Origin: Sandaracinaceae bacterium
Lineage (GTDB): Bacteria; Myxococcota_A; Polyangia; Polyangiales; Sandaracinaceae
NCBI GenBank assembly: GCA_044220955.1
Contig: JBGAQA010000008.1
Coordinates: 32,001 to 96,000 of the forward strand
DNA: 64,000 nt
Direction: 5' to 3'
Shown: piece after piece, positions 9,254 to 18,918 of the stretch
Numbering within the stretch: position 1 is the stretch's first letter
Layout: each line of letters begins with the position of its first letter
Translations under genes and position numbers: made by a program
The notes under the pieces: generated by a model
Databases searched by the model: none
The model's input: only the letters and a program-made list of their open reading frames with translations
What the model was told of the DNA's origin: nothing

Positions 9254-10507
9254 ATGAAGCGCCCGCCGATCGCCGCCTCGCTCCTCGCCCTCTGCGTCGC
9301 GTGCTCGGGCTCCGCCTCGACCGGCGCGGATGCGTCTCGCTCCTTGGACGCGGGCATCCTGCTCGATGGCGGGTCGGACGGGAGCCCGGCGGACGCCGGC
9401 GTGCCGCCCACGGACGCCGGCGACGGCAGGTACGCGTGCGACCCGAGCGTGGGGCTCGTCGCTCCCCTGCCGGTCTGCAGCGTGGGCGATCCCTGCACGC
9501 GTCTGATCGTAGGCGCGGGCACGACGCCGATCACGACCGCGAGCGAGGTCCCGACGTGCACGGCGAGCGCGGCGCGCGGCGGCTTCACCGACGGCGCTCC
9601 TCGGACGTTCACGGACGCCGACGGGAACACGCGATACGCGTGCGCGTACCTCCCGCCGGCCGCGAGCGCCAGCGCGCAGGTGCCGCTGGTGGTGTTCTGG
9701 CACGGCGCGGGCGGGCACGCGGACGACGCCTACGAGGGCACCTCGCTCCGCCTGCACGCGCAGAGCTACGACCTGAGCGGCGACGCGGCGCGGCCGGGCT
9801 TCGCGCTCGTGTCGATCCAGGGCCGCAACCTCCACTGGCCGACGCTCGACCCGCGCGACGGACCGCACCACGACCAGTTCCACCGCGACCTCGCCGCGCC
9901 GTCCACGAACCGTGACGTCGCGCTGGCCGACACGATCATCGACGAGCTCGTCGCGGACGGGCGCATCGACGCGAGCCGCGTCTACGTGATGGGCTGGTCG
10001 AACGGCGGCTTCTTCGCGCAGCTCTACGCGATCGCGCGTCACGAGGTGCCGACGCCGGGCGGCAACCGCGTCGCGGCGGCGTCGGTGTTCACGGCGGCCG
10101 ATCCCTTCCAGTCTCCGCGCTTCGCCGACGCGGGCCGCTGCGATCTCGCGCCCGTGCCGGCGACGACCGTGCCGATCCGCATCGTGTCGCGCGCTTGCGA
10201 CATCATCGCGTGCGACCAGGCCCAGCTCGACGACCTCGTCGCGAACGACATGTACGTCGCGCCGCCGGGCGTGGTCGTGGAGAGCTGGGTGATGCGTCTG
10301 TCGACCGAGCTGGGTGATCCCACCACGGAGTGGGAGATCGTGGCGGGCACCGGCGCGACGACTGCGTCGTGCACGAGCCCCGCGCTCTGCGGCCTCGGCA
10401 TCGCCGGGCTCAACCACATCCGCTGGCCCGACGGAGTCGGCGACGGGAGCGGCACCGATCACGAGCCCGCGATGCTCGACTTCCTCCGCGCGCACCCGCT
10501 GCCGTGA
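9254..10507 (+). CDS. Alpha/beta-hydrolase lipoprotein (PHB-depolymerase/esterase-like)
   Basis: Lipobox CVAC, PLVVFWHG, RVYVMGWSNGG nucleophile elbow. Confidence 0.8.
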   Translation: MKRPPIAASLLALCVACSGSASTGADASRSLDAGILLDGGSDGSPADAGVPPTDAGDGRYACDPSVGLVAPLPVCSVGDPCTRLIVGAGTTPITTASEVPTCTASAARGGFTDGAPRTFTDADGNTRYACAYLPPAASASAQVPLVVFWHGAGGHADDAYEGTSLRLHAQSYDLSGDAARPGFALVSIQGRNLHWPTLDPRDGPHHDQFHRDLAAPSTNRDVALADTIIDELVADGRIDASRVYVMGWSNGGFFAQLYAIARHEVPTPGGNRVAAASVFTAADPFQSPRFADAGRCDLAPVPATTVPIRIVSRACDIIACDQAQLDDLVANDMYVAPPGVVVESWVMRLSTELGDPTTEWEIVAGTGATTASCTSPALCGLGIAGLNHIRWPDGVGDGSGTDHEPAMLDFLRAHPLP

Positions 10508-10545
10508 GGCGTTCTCGACGTTCGTCCCACGACCGGTGACCCCGA

Positions 10546-11457
10546 TCAGATGTGGAAGCCGATCTGGCCGAAGCCGCTCAGCTGGTAGCCGACGGCATCA
10601 CCCTGACGGCTCGGGCAGAAGTCGGTGACACCCATGCACGGCATCCGCGGATCGCTCTGACGCGTCATGTTGAGCACGTCGAGCCCGATGCCGGCGCCGA
10701 TCGTGAACCAGTTGGCGAGGAAGATGTCGACGCCGAGCGCGGCGTCGATCGCCCAGCCGTACACGGTCGTCGCCGGCTGTGTCGTCACGCCCGCCGTCGT
10801 CACGGTGTAGTTCGCGTCGCCCTGCCAGGCGTACCCCGCACCGACGCGCAGGTAGGGCTCGACCACGGGGATCGGTAGCCGGAGCGCGACCTCGCCGCCG
10901 ACGGTTCCGATCTGGAACGTGTTGTACGACGCGAACGTCGTGCGCGCGCCGACGGCGATCCAGTAGACGCGGAAGCCGAGCGCACCGCCGACCAGAGGCC
11001 CCGTGGAGTTGATCTCGTCGAACACCGAGCCGCCCCCCGTAGCGGCGGCTTCGGCGAAGTTGGTGTTTCCGAAGGCGACGAGGTTGACGTTGGCGATGCC
11101 ACCGAAGGCCTCGATCCAGAGGAAGTCCACGTCCCGCCCGTCGCCCTCGTCCTCTTCTTCCGCGGGCGCGGGCGCGGGCGCCGTCGAGGTCGCGGTGGCA
11201 CGCGAGGGCGAGGTCGAGCCCGAGCCCGAGGTCGAGCGCGCGATCGAGGTCGAGGTCGAGCCCGACGACGTCGAGGTCGAGCCCGACGACGTCGAGCCCG
11301 AGGTCGACGTCGTGCTCGCCGCGCCCGCCCCGTCGGTCGAGCCCGCGCCGGTCGCCGTGCCGCCGCCCGCGGTCTGCGCCGCCGCTCGGCTCGTCGTCGC
11401 GCCGATCCCGAGCACGCACGCCACCACGATCGCGACCGCGCTCCGAGATCTCGTCAT
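10546..11457 (-). CDS. Outer-membrane beta-barrel-like protein
   Basis: Signal peptide, S/T-rich linker, alternating beta strands, C-terminal GQIGFHI. Confidence 0.7.
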   Translation of the reverse strand: MTRSRSAVAIVVACVLGIGATTSRAAAQTAGGGTATGAGSTDGAGAASTTSTSGSTSSGSTSTSSGSTSTSIARSTSGSGSTSPSRATATSTAPAPAPAEEEDEGDGRDVDFLWIEAFGGIANVNLVAFGNTNFAEAAATGGGSVFDEINSTGPLVGGALGFRVYWIAVGARTTFASYNTFQIGTVGGEVALRLPIPVVEPYLRVGAGYAWQGDANYTVTTAGVTTQPATTVYGWAIDAALGVDIFLANWFTIGAGIGLDVLNMTRQSDPRMPCMGVTDFCPSRQGDAVGYQLSGFGQIGFHI

Positions 11458-11678
11458 GTTTCGTCTCCCGAGCGCTCCGAGGCGCCTTCGTCCATCATGT
11501 CGGCCGACTCGCCCGCCACGCGGTAGCCCTCCCCGAGCCACGTCGCGAGGTCGATGCGCTTGCAGCGCAGCGAGCAGAGCGGTGCGAACTTCGGGCCCCG
11601 CTCGGGGCCCTCCTCCGTCGTCGGAAGCACGCCTCGGCAGATCGGGCAGCGCGCCTTTCGCACGCGCTCACTCGCCAT
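11454..11678 (-). CDS. yacG: DNA gyrase inhibitor YacG
   Basis: CPIC...PLCSLRCKRIDLATWLGEGYRV signature. Confidence 0.9.
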   Translation of the reverse strand: MASERVRKARCPICRGVLPTTEEGPERGPKFAPLCSLRCKRIDLATWLGEGYRVAGESADMMDEGASERSGDET

Positions 11679-12783
11679 CGGCGTCGATCTCCTCTTCTTC
11701 CATCGCCCGCCGCTCGGCCGTCGTCGGCTCCTCCGTGAGCAGGCCCGTCTCGAGCACGCTGCGCGGCTGGGGGCGGGGGAAGCGGCCCTTCACGGCGGCG
11801 ACCACGTCGCCCTTTCCGGCGTTCGCCGGGACGACCACGATCTCCGGGTCGCTGGTGTCCGAGTCGTCGTCCACCATCATGATCTCCGCGTCGTCGTCGC
11901 TGCGGGGTGGGGGCCGGCTGGGGCGCCGGGGCGCCGGGGGCGGCCGCGTGGCATGGCGCTTGGGGATCGCCGACACGCCTTGATAGGCATCGATCCGCAC
12001 CACGACGACGGCCACGTTGTCGTCCGCCGGCGCGAGCAGCGCGCGCGCGACCAGCGTCTTGGCCGTCTCTGCGGCGCGCACCGTCGTCGAGAGCACCTCG
12101 GCGATGTCGTCGTCGCTGAGGACGTCCGTGAGGCCGTCGCTGCAGAGCACGAAGCGGTCGAGCGGAGCGAGGTCGAGCGTGCGCACGCTGACGCGCAGCG
12201 CTTCGCTCATCCCGAGCGCGCGGGTGATCACGTTGCGAGGCAGGCGCGCGGCGTCCTCCTCCGGCAGGTCCGGCCGCAGCTCGAGGACCTCGTTCGCGAG
12301 CGAGTGATCCTGCGTGAGGAGCTCGAGCCGCCCCTGGCGCATGCGATAGCAGCGGCTGTCGCCGACGTGCGCCACGTGTACCAGGCCGTGCGTCGGCGCC
12401 GGTGCGATGGCCACCACCGTCGTGCCCATGCCTCGGTAGCGGCTGCCGCTCTTGGCGACCTCGAGCACCTCGCGGTTGGCGGCCTGGAAGCCCGAGCTGA
12501 GGCGTCGCGCGATGACCGGCAGGCCGAGCACGTCGAACACGGGGGCGCTCGCCATCGCGTCGCGCGTCGCCTCGAAGTGTCGCGCGAGCCCGGCGAGGGC
12601 GATGCTCGATGCCACGTTGCCGGCGTTCTCGCCTCCCGCCCCGTCTGCCACCGCGAAGAGGCCGAGATCCGGCCGGACCAGCACGCCGTCCTCGTCGTAG
12701 CTGCGCGCGCCGATGTTCTTCTCCGACGCGGCGTCGACCTCGAAGAGCGGTGCTTCGGGCTCGGTCCCTTCCGTGATCGTCAT
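11668..12783 (-). CDS. PP2C-family Ser/Thr phosphatase
   Basis: LFAVADGAGG, GMGTT, HVGDSRCY, LTQDHS, LCSDGL, DNV motifs. Confidence 0.92.
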   Translation of the reverse strand: MTITEGTEPEAPLFEVDAASEKNIGARSYDEDGVLVRPDLGLFAVADGAGGENAGNVASSIALAGLARHFEATRDAMASAPVFDVLGLPVIARRLSSGFQAANREVLEVAKSGSRYRGMGTTVVAIAPAPTHGLVHVAHVGDSRCYRMRQGRLELLTQDHSLANEVLELRPDLPEEDAARLPRNVITRALGMSEALRVSVRTLDLAPLDRFVLCSDGLTDVLSDDDIAEVLSTTVRAAETAKTLVARALLAPADDNVAVVVVRIDAYQGVSAIPKRHATRPPPAPRRPSRPPPRSDDDAEIMMVDDDSDTSDPEIVVVPANAGKGDVVAAVKGRFPRPQPRSVLETGLLTEEPTTAERRAMEEEEIDADGE

Positions 12784-12810
12784 CGTACCCCCGAGTATAC
12801 ACTCGCCTCC

Positions 12811-13809
12811 ATGCGCGCCCTCGCTTCTCCGCCCGATGCGGTCGTGGACCCACGAACCGGCTCGCCCGCATACGGCTCGTACCGCGGGGCGCTGCGCCGC
12901 TCGGACCTCACGCGCCTCGCGCCTGATCTCGTCAGTCGCGTGCTGACCGAGAAGCGCTGGCTCTGGGGCGCGATCGTCAAGGACGAGCTGATGCTCGCCT
13001 TCGCGGTGGTGGACCTGGGCTACGCGTCGAACGGGTTCGCGTACGCCTACACCCCGAGCGAAGGGATCGTCGCCCACACCTCGATCGTGGGCGTGCCCCG
13101 GCTCTCCCGCGTGAGGCAGACGGCCACGCGCCGCATCGACGCCCGCGTGCGCGACCCGCGCCTCGGGATTCGCGTGACCCACGACGATCACGATCCCCAG
13201 ATCGAGGTCGCGCTGCGCTCCGGCACGCTGGAGGTCCACGCCACGATGGACACCCGCGGGGCGCCGCCGCCGATCACCGCGATCGCACCCGTCGAGAAAG
13301 GGGTCGTCGACGTCACCGAGAAGCGCGTGCTGATGCCGGTGCGCGGCTCGGCGCTCGTCCGGGGCAAGCGGGTCTCGCTCGACGGGGCGCTCGGGGGGTA
13401 CGACTTCTCGCATGGGATCCTGCCGCGCCACACGAAGTGGAACTGGGCGTTCTTCATGGGGCGCGACGCGTCGGGCGTGCCGGTGGCGCTCAACGTCGTC
13501 GCGGGCTGGACGCGCGAGCACGAGTGCGCGCTCTGGGCCGGCGGCGAGCTCCACGGGGTGCCCGAGGCGGTGTTCGCGTACGACGGCGCGCGGCCGACGG
13601 CGCCCTGGAAGGTGACGACGCCCGACGGCTCCGTCGACGTCGTGCTGGCGCCGCGCGCGATCCACGCGGAGGAGAAGGACCTCGGCGTCGTGCGATCGGC
13701 CTTCAAGCAGGCGATCGGCCGCTACGAGGGCACGCTGCGCGTCGACGGGCACGCACACGGGATCCGCGACGTGATCGGCGTCGCCGAAGAGCAGGACGTC
13801 GTCTGGTGA
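12811..13809 (+). CDS. DUF2804-family protein
   Basis: AVVDLGYASNGF, TEK, DFSHGILPRHTKWNWA, EEQDVVW C-terminus. Confidence 0.75.
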   Translation: MRALASPPDAVVDPRTGSPAYGSYRGALRRSDLTRLAPDLVSRVLTEKRWLWGAIVKDELMLAFAVVDLGYASNGFAYAYTPSEGIVAHTSIVGVPRLSRVRQTATRRIDARVRDPRLGIRVTHDDHDPQIEVALRSGTLEVHATMDTRGAPPPITAIAPVEKGVVDVTEKRVLMPVRGSALVRGKRVSLDGALGGYDFSHGILPRHTKWNWAFFMGRDASGVPVALNVVAGWTREHECALWAGGELHGVPEAVFAYDGARPTAPWKVTTPDGSVDVVLAPRAIHAEEKDLGVVRSAFKQAIGRYEGTLRVDGHAHGIRDVIGVAEEQDVVW

Positions 13810-14885
13810 GCGCGGGAACGCTCGACCGGCCCGAGAAGGTGCGCGAAGGGGCGGAGCTCGACACCACGCGCCTCGCGCCCTGGCTCGCGGCGCGGGGCCT
13901 CGCCGGCGACGTGGAGGTCATGCAGTTCCCGCGCGGCTACTCGAACGTCACGTACCTGCTCCGGGTCGGAGACCGCGAGGTGGTGCTGCGGCGCGGTCCG
14001 CCGGGCGTGAAGATCGCGTCGGCGCACGACATGGGCCGCGAGCACAAGATCCTCTCCCACCTCGCGAACGTCTGGCCGAAGGTGCCCCGCGTCGTCCTGA
14101 TGTGCGAGGACGAGAGCGTGATCGGCGGCGCGTTCTACGTGATGGAGCGCGTGCGCGGCGTGATCCTGCGCGCGAAGCTCCCCGCGGGAATCGTCCTTCC
14201 GCCCGAGCGCATGAAGCACCTGAGCGAGGCGCTCGTCGACACGCTCGCCGAGATCCACGGCATCGACCTCGCGGCGGCGGGTCTGAGCGATCTCGGCAAG
14301 CCGACCGGCTACAACCAGCGGCAGGTGAGGGGCTGGAGCGAGCGCTACGAGAAGGCTCGGACCGACGAGATCCCCGAGATGGAAGAGGTCGCGCGCTGGC
14401 TCGCGGCGAGCGTGCCCGCCGAGTCGGCGGCGACGCTCGTCCACAACGACTTCAAGTACGACAACGTCGTGCTGAGCGAGGATCTCGAGCGGGTGGTCGC
14501 CGTGCTCGACTGGGAGATGTCCACGATCGGCGATCCCCTGATGGATCTCGGCTGCGCGCTCTCGTACTGGGTCGAGGAGAAGGACTCGCCCTTGCTGCGC
14601 GCGACGCGCTTCGGTCCGACCGATCTGCCGGGGAGCCTCACCCGAGCCGAGGTCGTCGCCCGCTGGGAAGCGAAGACCGGCCGCGCGGCGACCAACATGC
14701 CCTTCTACTACTCGTTCGCGCTCTTCAAGCTCGCGGTCGTCGCGCAGCAGCTCTATCAGCGCTACGTGCGCGGGCTCACGAAGGAGCAGCGGTACGCGTT
14801 CCTGATCGAGGGCGTGAAGGGCCTGAGCCGGGCCGCGGCGCGGGTGATCGCGACCGGGAACTGGCAGACGCTCGAGGCCGGTTGA
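13806..14885 (+). CDS. APH-family phosphotransferase (ACAD10/11-kinase-like)
   Basis: QFPRGYSNVTY, AHDMGRE, LVHNDFKYDN, VLDWEM. GTGA overlap with the DUF2804 gene. Confidence 0.9.
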   Translation: MSAGTLDRPEKVREGAELDTTRLAPWLAARGLAGDVEVMQFPRGYSNVTYLLRVGDREVVLRRGPPGVKIASAHDMGREHKILSHLANVWPKVPRVVLMCEDESVIGGAFYVMERVRGVILRAKLPAGIVLPPERMKHLSEALVDTLAEIHGIDLAAAGLSDLGKPTGYNQRQVRGWSERYEKARTDEIPEMEEVARWLAASVPAESAATLVHNDFKYDNVVLSEDLERVVAVLDWEMSTIGDPLMDLGCALSYWVEEKDSPLLRATRFGPTDLPGSLTRAEVVARWEAKTGRAATNMPFYYSFALFKLAVVAQQLYQRYVRGLTKEQRYAFLIEGVKGLSRAAARVIATGNWQTLEAG

Positions 14886-14931
14886 TCCCAGCCGGGGCCA
14901 CGCGCGCCGCGGGCTGATACGCTCCGCGCCC

Positions 14932-16140
14932 ATGGCGTTCCTCCCCACCGATCGTGCGAAGGCCGTCGTCGACGGCGTGAAGAAGTTCCTCGACGAGCGG
15001 GTGATCCCGCTCGAGCCGATGCTCGTGCGAGAGGGCTTCGTGGCGATGCTGCCGAAGCTCGCCGAGCTGCGCGCGGACGCGAAGGCGCGCGGGCTCTGGG
15101 CGCCGTTCCTGCCCGAGTCGCTCGGCGGGCGCGGGCTCACGCTCGTCGAGTACGCCTACGTGAGCGAGGCGCTCGGCCGCTCCCCCGTCGCGCACTACAC
15201 GCTGAACTGCCAGGCGCCCGACGTCGGCAACATGGAGCTCCTGCATCAATTCGGCAGCGACGCCCAGAAGCAGCGCTGGCTCGGGCCCCTCGCGCGCGGC
15301 GAGATCCGCAGCTGCTTCGGCATGACCGAGCCCGAGAACGCCGGCTCGAACCCGGTGTGGCTCGGCACCCGTGCCCGCAAGGAGGGCAGCGACTACGTCA
15401 TCGACGGCCGCAAGTGGTTCACCTCCGGCGCCGAGGGATCGAAGGTCTGCATCGTGATGGCGGTGACGGATCCCGACGCGTCCCCGTACGCGCGCGCGTC
15501 GCAGATCCTCGTCCCGACCGACACGCCCGGCTTCGAGATCGTGCGCAACATCTCGGTGATGGGCGAGAGCGGCGGTGACTGGGCGAGCCACGCCGAGGTC
15601 GTGCTGCGCGGCGTGCGCGTGCCACAGGACAACCGTCTCGGCGCCGAGGGTGCCGGCTTCCTGCTGGCGCAGGAGCGCCTCGGGCCGGGTCGCATCCACC
15701 ACGCGATGCGCTGGATCGGCGTCGCGGAGCGCGCGCTCGAGCTGATGGTGAAGCGCGCCGCCACGCGCGAGCTCTCCCCCGGCAAGCCGCTCGGCACGCA
15801 GCAGCAGGTGCAGTTCTGGATCGCCGAGAGCCGCGCCGAGATCGACGCCGCGCGCCTCTCGGTGCTCGACTGCGCCGAGCGCATCGACCGCGACGGGGCG
15901 GCGGCGGCGCGCGACTCGATCTCGACCATCAAGTTCTTCGTGGCGAAGATCCTCAACGACGTGCTCGACCGTGCCATCCAGGTGCACGGCGCGCTCGGCA
16001 TGACCGACGACACGCCGCTGGCGTGGTGGTACCGCCACGAGCGCGCGGCGCGCATCTACGACGGCCCGGACGAGGTCCACAAGGCATCGCTCGGCAGGCG
16101 GATCCTGGCGCGCGCGGGGATGCCGCAGAAGAAGGACTAG
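14932..16140 (+). CDS. Acyl-CoA dehydrogenase
   Basis: NCQAPDVGNME, MTEP, GRKWFTSG, QERLGPGRIHH, RIYDGPDEVH. Confidence 0.95.
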   Translation: MAFLPTDRAKAVVDGVKKFLDERVIPLEPMLVREGFVAMLPKLAELRADAKARGLWAPFLPESLGGRGLTLVEYAYVSEALGRSPVAHYTLNCQAPDVGNMELLHQFGSDAQKQRWLGPLARGEIRSCFGMTEPENAGSNPVWLGTRARKEGSDYVIDGRKWFTSGAEGSKVCIVMAVTDPDASPYARASQILVPTDTPGFEIVRNISVMGESGGDWASHAEVVLRGVRVPQDNRLGAEGAGFLLAQERLGPGRIHHAMRWIGVAERALELMVKRAATRELSPGKPLGTQQQVQFWIAESRAEIDAARLSVLDCAERIDRDGAAAARDSISTIKFFVAKILNDVLDRAIQVHGALGMTDDTPLAWWYRHERAARIYDGPDEVHKASLGRRILARAGMPQKKD

Positions 16141-16240
16141 AGAGGGACTGACGATCGACGGGTCGCCCCTCACCCGACCGTCTCCTCCCGTCTCGTCTGA
16201 GTGGCCGGTCGATTCTGTCCCCAGAATCGTGATCGGTCAT

Positions 16241-17239
16241 CTAGGGCGAGGGCGCGCCCGGCGGTGCGTACGCGTGGGTCGGCATGTCGGGGACGACGTC
16301 GTGGACCGGGGCGTCTCGCGCGTCCCTCACGGGCGCGTGGAGCTCGCTCGCTCGCTCGCTCGTGCGGTGCCGGCGCGGGCCCTCGCGGCCCGAGGGATCG
16401 TGCTCGGCGTCGTGCACGTCGAGGAGCACGACGCGCGTGCGCAGCAGTGGCCGTCCGAGCGCCGTGCACTGCAGGCCCTGGCCGGCCTGGTCCTCCATGC
16501 AGCCCGCCTGGCCGACGTAGGGCACGACCTCGCCGGCCCAGAACGACCAGTCGCTCTCGATGGTCTGCCGCTCGCCGAGGACTCCGGGAGGCGGCGGCTG
16601 GGCCACCGCGGCCGTCGAGACGGCGGTGAGCGCGGCGGCGTCCAGCGTGTGCGAGTCGGAGCCGTGCGTGATGGTCGCGCTCAGCACGTGGCCGGTGCGG
16701 TCCTGGAGCACGTGCACCTCGACGCGGGTCCATCGCGTGTGCGCGTTCAGCATCGACTGGATCTCGAACTGCTGCTGCACCTGGGCGTCCTCGGCCGTCG
16801 TGGTGCGCATCTCGGGCGTGTACGCCGAGGCTGGCCCGCGCGGCGCCTCGGGCGGCCCGTAGCGCTCCAGCTCGTCGAGGGCGAGCTCGGGCAAGCTCAT
16901 CCCGCGACGCCGCTCGGCCTCGATCGCGACGAGGTCGGGGTGGAACTCCGCCCGCATCGAGCGCCCGAGCTCGGCGTAGTAGCCGCTGACGACTCCGTGC
17001 CGGATCGCATCGCGCCTCTGGCCGTCGACGAGCCACTGCTCCGTGCCCCGGATCGCCTCTGCCGTCGCGTCGATCGGGCCGGGCGCGTCTGCGCGGCTGC
17101 TCTGGGCCGCCACCTCGGCGGGTGCGAGCGAGGGGGCAGCGGCGTCCGGGGCCGGGGTGACGCCCGCGTCGGCCTGAGCGTTCGCCAGCCCCGGTGGCCA
17201 GAGCAAGAGGCACCCCGAGACGGCCAGCAGCGCGCGCAC
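16241..17239 (-). CDS. Secreted protein with TonB C-terminal-like domain
   Basis: Signal peptide from GTG 17239. GHVLSATITHGSDSHTLDAAALTAV resembles TonB_C. Confidence 0.6.
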   Translation of the reverse strand: MRALLAVSGCLLLWPPGLANAQADAGVTPAPDAAAPSLAPAEVAAQSSRADAPGPIDATAEAIRGTEQWLVDGQRRDAIRHGVVSGYYAELGRSMRAEFHPDLVAIEAERRRGMSLPELALDELERYGPPEAPRGPASAYTPEMRTTTAEDAQVQQQFEIQSMLNAHTRWTRVEVHVLQDRTGHVLSATITHGSDSHTLDAAALTAVSTAAVAQPPPPGVLGERQTIESDWSFWAGEVVPYVGQAGCMEDQAGQGLQCTALGRPLLRTRVVLLDVHDAEHDPSGREGPRRHRTSERASELHAPVRDARDAPVHDVVPDMPTHAYAPPGAPSP

Positions 17240-17321
17240 GCGTGGAACATACGCACCGCGTGTGCGCTTTCTTTCGCGCCCGCCCGCGGCTATACCGCGC
17301 CCACCCTCAGGACCCTCCCGC

Positions 17322-17942
17322 ATGCCGCAGTACGATCCTCGCGCGTTCTTCACGTTCCTCAAGCAGGGCATCACCAAGTGGGATCAGACGGCGAGCCTGG
17401 TCCCGAGCCAGCGCTTCCTCGTCAACGCCATGGTCGACGGGGCGCGACCCGAGACGGCTGGCGCGATCCTCGAGCTCGGCCCCGGCGTCGGCGTGATGAC
17501 CAAGCCGCTGCTGCGCCGCATGCGCCCCGACGCGCGCCTCTTCACGATCGAGATCGACGAGCCGATCCACGAGGCGCTCTGCCGCAACGTGACGGACCCA
17601 CGCCTGGTGCCGATGCTCGGCTCGGCCGCCGACGCCGAGAAGCTGCTCGCCGAGCACGGCTTCGACGGCAAGCTCGATGCGGTCGTGTCCTCGCTCGGCA
17701 TGAGCCTCATCCCGGAGGCCATCCGCGAGCAGATCCTGAACGGCGCCAAGCGCGTGCTCGCCCCGCACGGCGTGTACGTGCAGTTCGGCTACTTCCACAC
17801 GAAGCACGTCGCCTACACCAAGGATCGCGGCTGGTCGGGGTTCGACTACCAGGGAATGCTCGAGGGCCACTTCGCGAGCGTGACGCGCCGCGCGGTCCCC
17901 CTGAACGTGCCGCCCGCGTGGTGCTACGTCGCGCGGCCTTAG
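17322..17942 (+). CDS. SAM-dependent methyltransferase (phospholipid N-methyltransferase-like)
   Basis: ASLVPS, ILELGPGVG, VVSSL, YVQFGY, NVPPA. Confidence 0.85.
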   Translation: MPQYDPRAFFTFLKQGITKWDQTASLVPSQRFLVNAMVDGARPETAGAILELGPGVGVMTKPLLRRMRPDARLFTIEIDEPIHEALCRNVTDPRLVPMLGSAADAEKLLAEHGFDGKLDAVVSSLGMSLIPEAIREQILNGAKRVLAPHGVYVQFGYFHTKHVAYTKDRGWSGFDYQGMLEGHFASVTRRAVPLNVPPAWCYVARP

Positions 17943-17980
17943 CGCGAAAGCCCACCCGGCTCTGGTATCGTTCCCCGCGC

Positions 17981-18733
17981 ATGGCGGGACGGACCTTCGC
18001 GATCGGCGACATCCACGGAGATCTGGTGGCGCTGCGCACGGTGATGGGCAAGCTCCCCCTCGTCGACAAGGACGACACCGTCGTCTTCATGGGGGACTAC
18101 CTCGATCGCGGCCCGTGCTCGCGGCAGGTCATCGAGGTCGTGCGCGGTCTCGACAAGGACGTCGGCTGCAACGTGGTGTGCCTGCGCGGCAACCACGAGG
18201 ACGCGTGGCTGCGCGTGCGCGAGCGCCGCTGGGACGAGTTCGTGTTCCCGCCCCAGAACGGCTGCTTCGCGACGTACCGCTCGTTCGTCGGCGGGCCCGT
18301 CCCGGCCAAGGGCGAGATGCCGAAGATGGAGGACATGGAGTCCCTGTTCTCCGGCGCGTTCTTCCCGCCCGACATCGCCCTGTGGATGGAGAAGCTGCTC
18401 TACTGGTACGAGGACGACCACGCGATCTACGTCCACGCAGGCCTGCTCGAGCGCGACGGAAAGTTCCTGCACCCGAGGGACACCGAGCAGAAGCTCGCGC
18501 TCATGTGGACGCGCACCGACGAGTTCTTCCGCAACTACCGCGGCAAGACCGTGGTGATCGGCCACACGGTGACCGAGCTGCTCCCCCAGGAGCTCTCGTC
18601 ACACACACCGTCCGATCCGACCGACATGTGGGTGGGTGAGTCGATCATCGCGATCGACACCGGCGCAGGAAAAGAGGGCGGGTTCCTCACGGCCGTCGAG
18701 CTCCCCTCGCGCACGGTCTACGAGTCGCGGTGA
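17981..18733 (+). CDS. Metallophosphoesterase (PPP-like phosphatase)
   Basis: GDIHG, GDYLDRG, GNHE, VHAG, GHT, IDTG. Confidence 0.92.
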   Translation: MAGRTFAIGDIHGDLVALRTVMGKLPLVDKDDTVVFMGDYLDRGPCSRQVIEVVRGLDKDVGCNVVCLRGNHEDAWLRVRERRWDEFVFPPQNGCFATYRSFVGGPVPAKGEMPKMEDMESLFSGAFFPPDIALWMEKLLYWYEDDHAIYVHAGLLERDGKFLHPRDTEQKLALMWTRTDEFFRNYRGKTVVIGHTVTELLPQELSSHTPSDPTDMWVGESIIAIDTGAGKEGGFLTAVELPSRTVYESR

Positions 18734-18918
18734 GCCGGGCGGCGCTCTTGCTCGCGATCGTCGGGCAGGCGGCCCGCGGTGAGCGCCGTCGGCAGGGGCT
18801 CGCGATGCGGCGCGGCCGGGTGCCAGGTCCCGGTGTGCACGCCCCCACCCCCCGCGCGCCCTGACCCGGACTCGCGTGGCGAGCACTCCCGTCGACCGCC
18901 GTGTTATGAGCGTGACAC

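Noticed and set aside
16229..18733. 834-aa ORF suggesting a large phosphatase fusion
   Set aside because: Only the last 250 aa (from 17981) carry motifs. The rest overlaps other genes.
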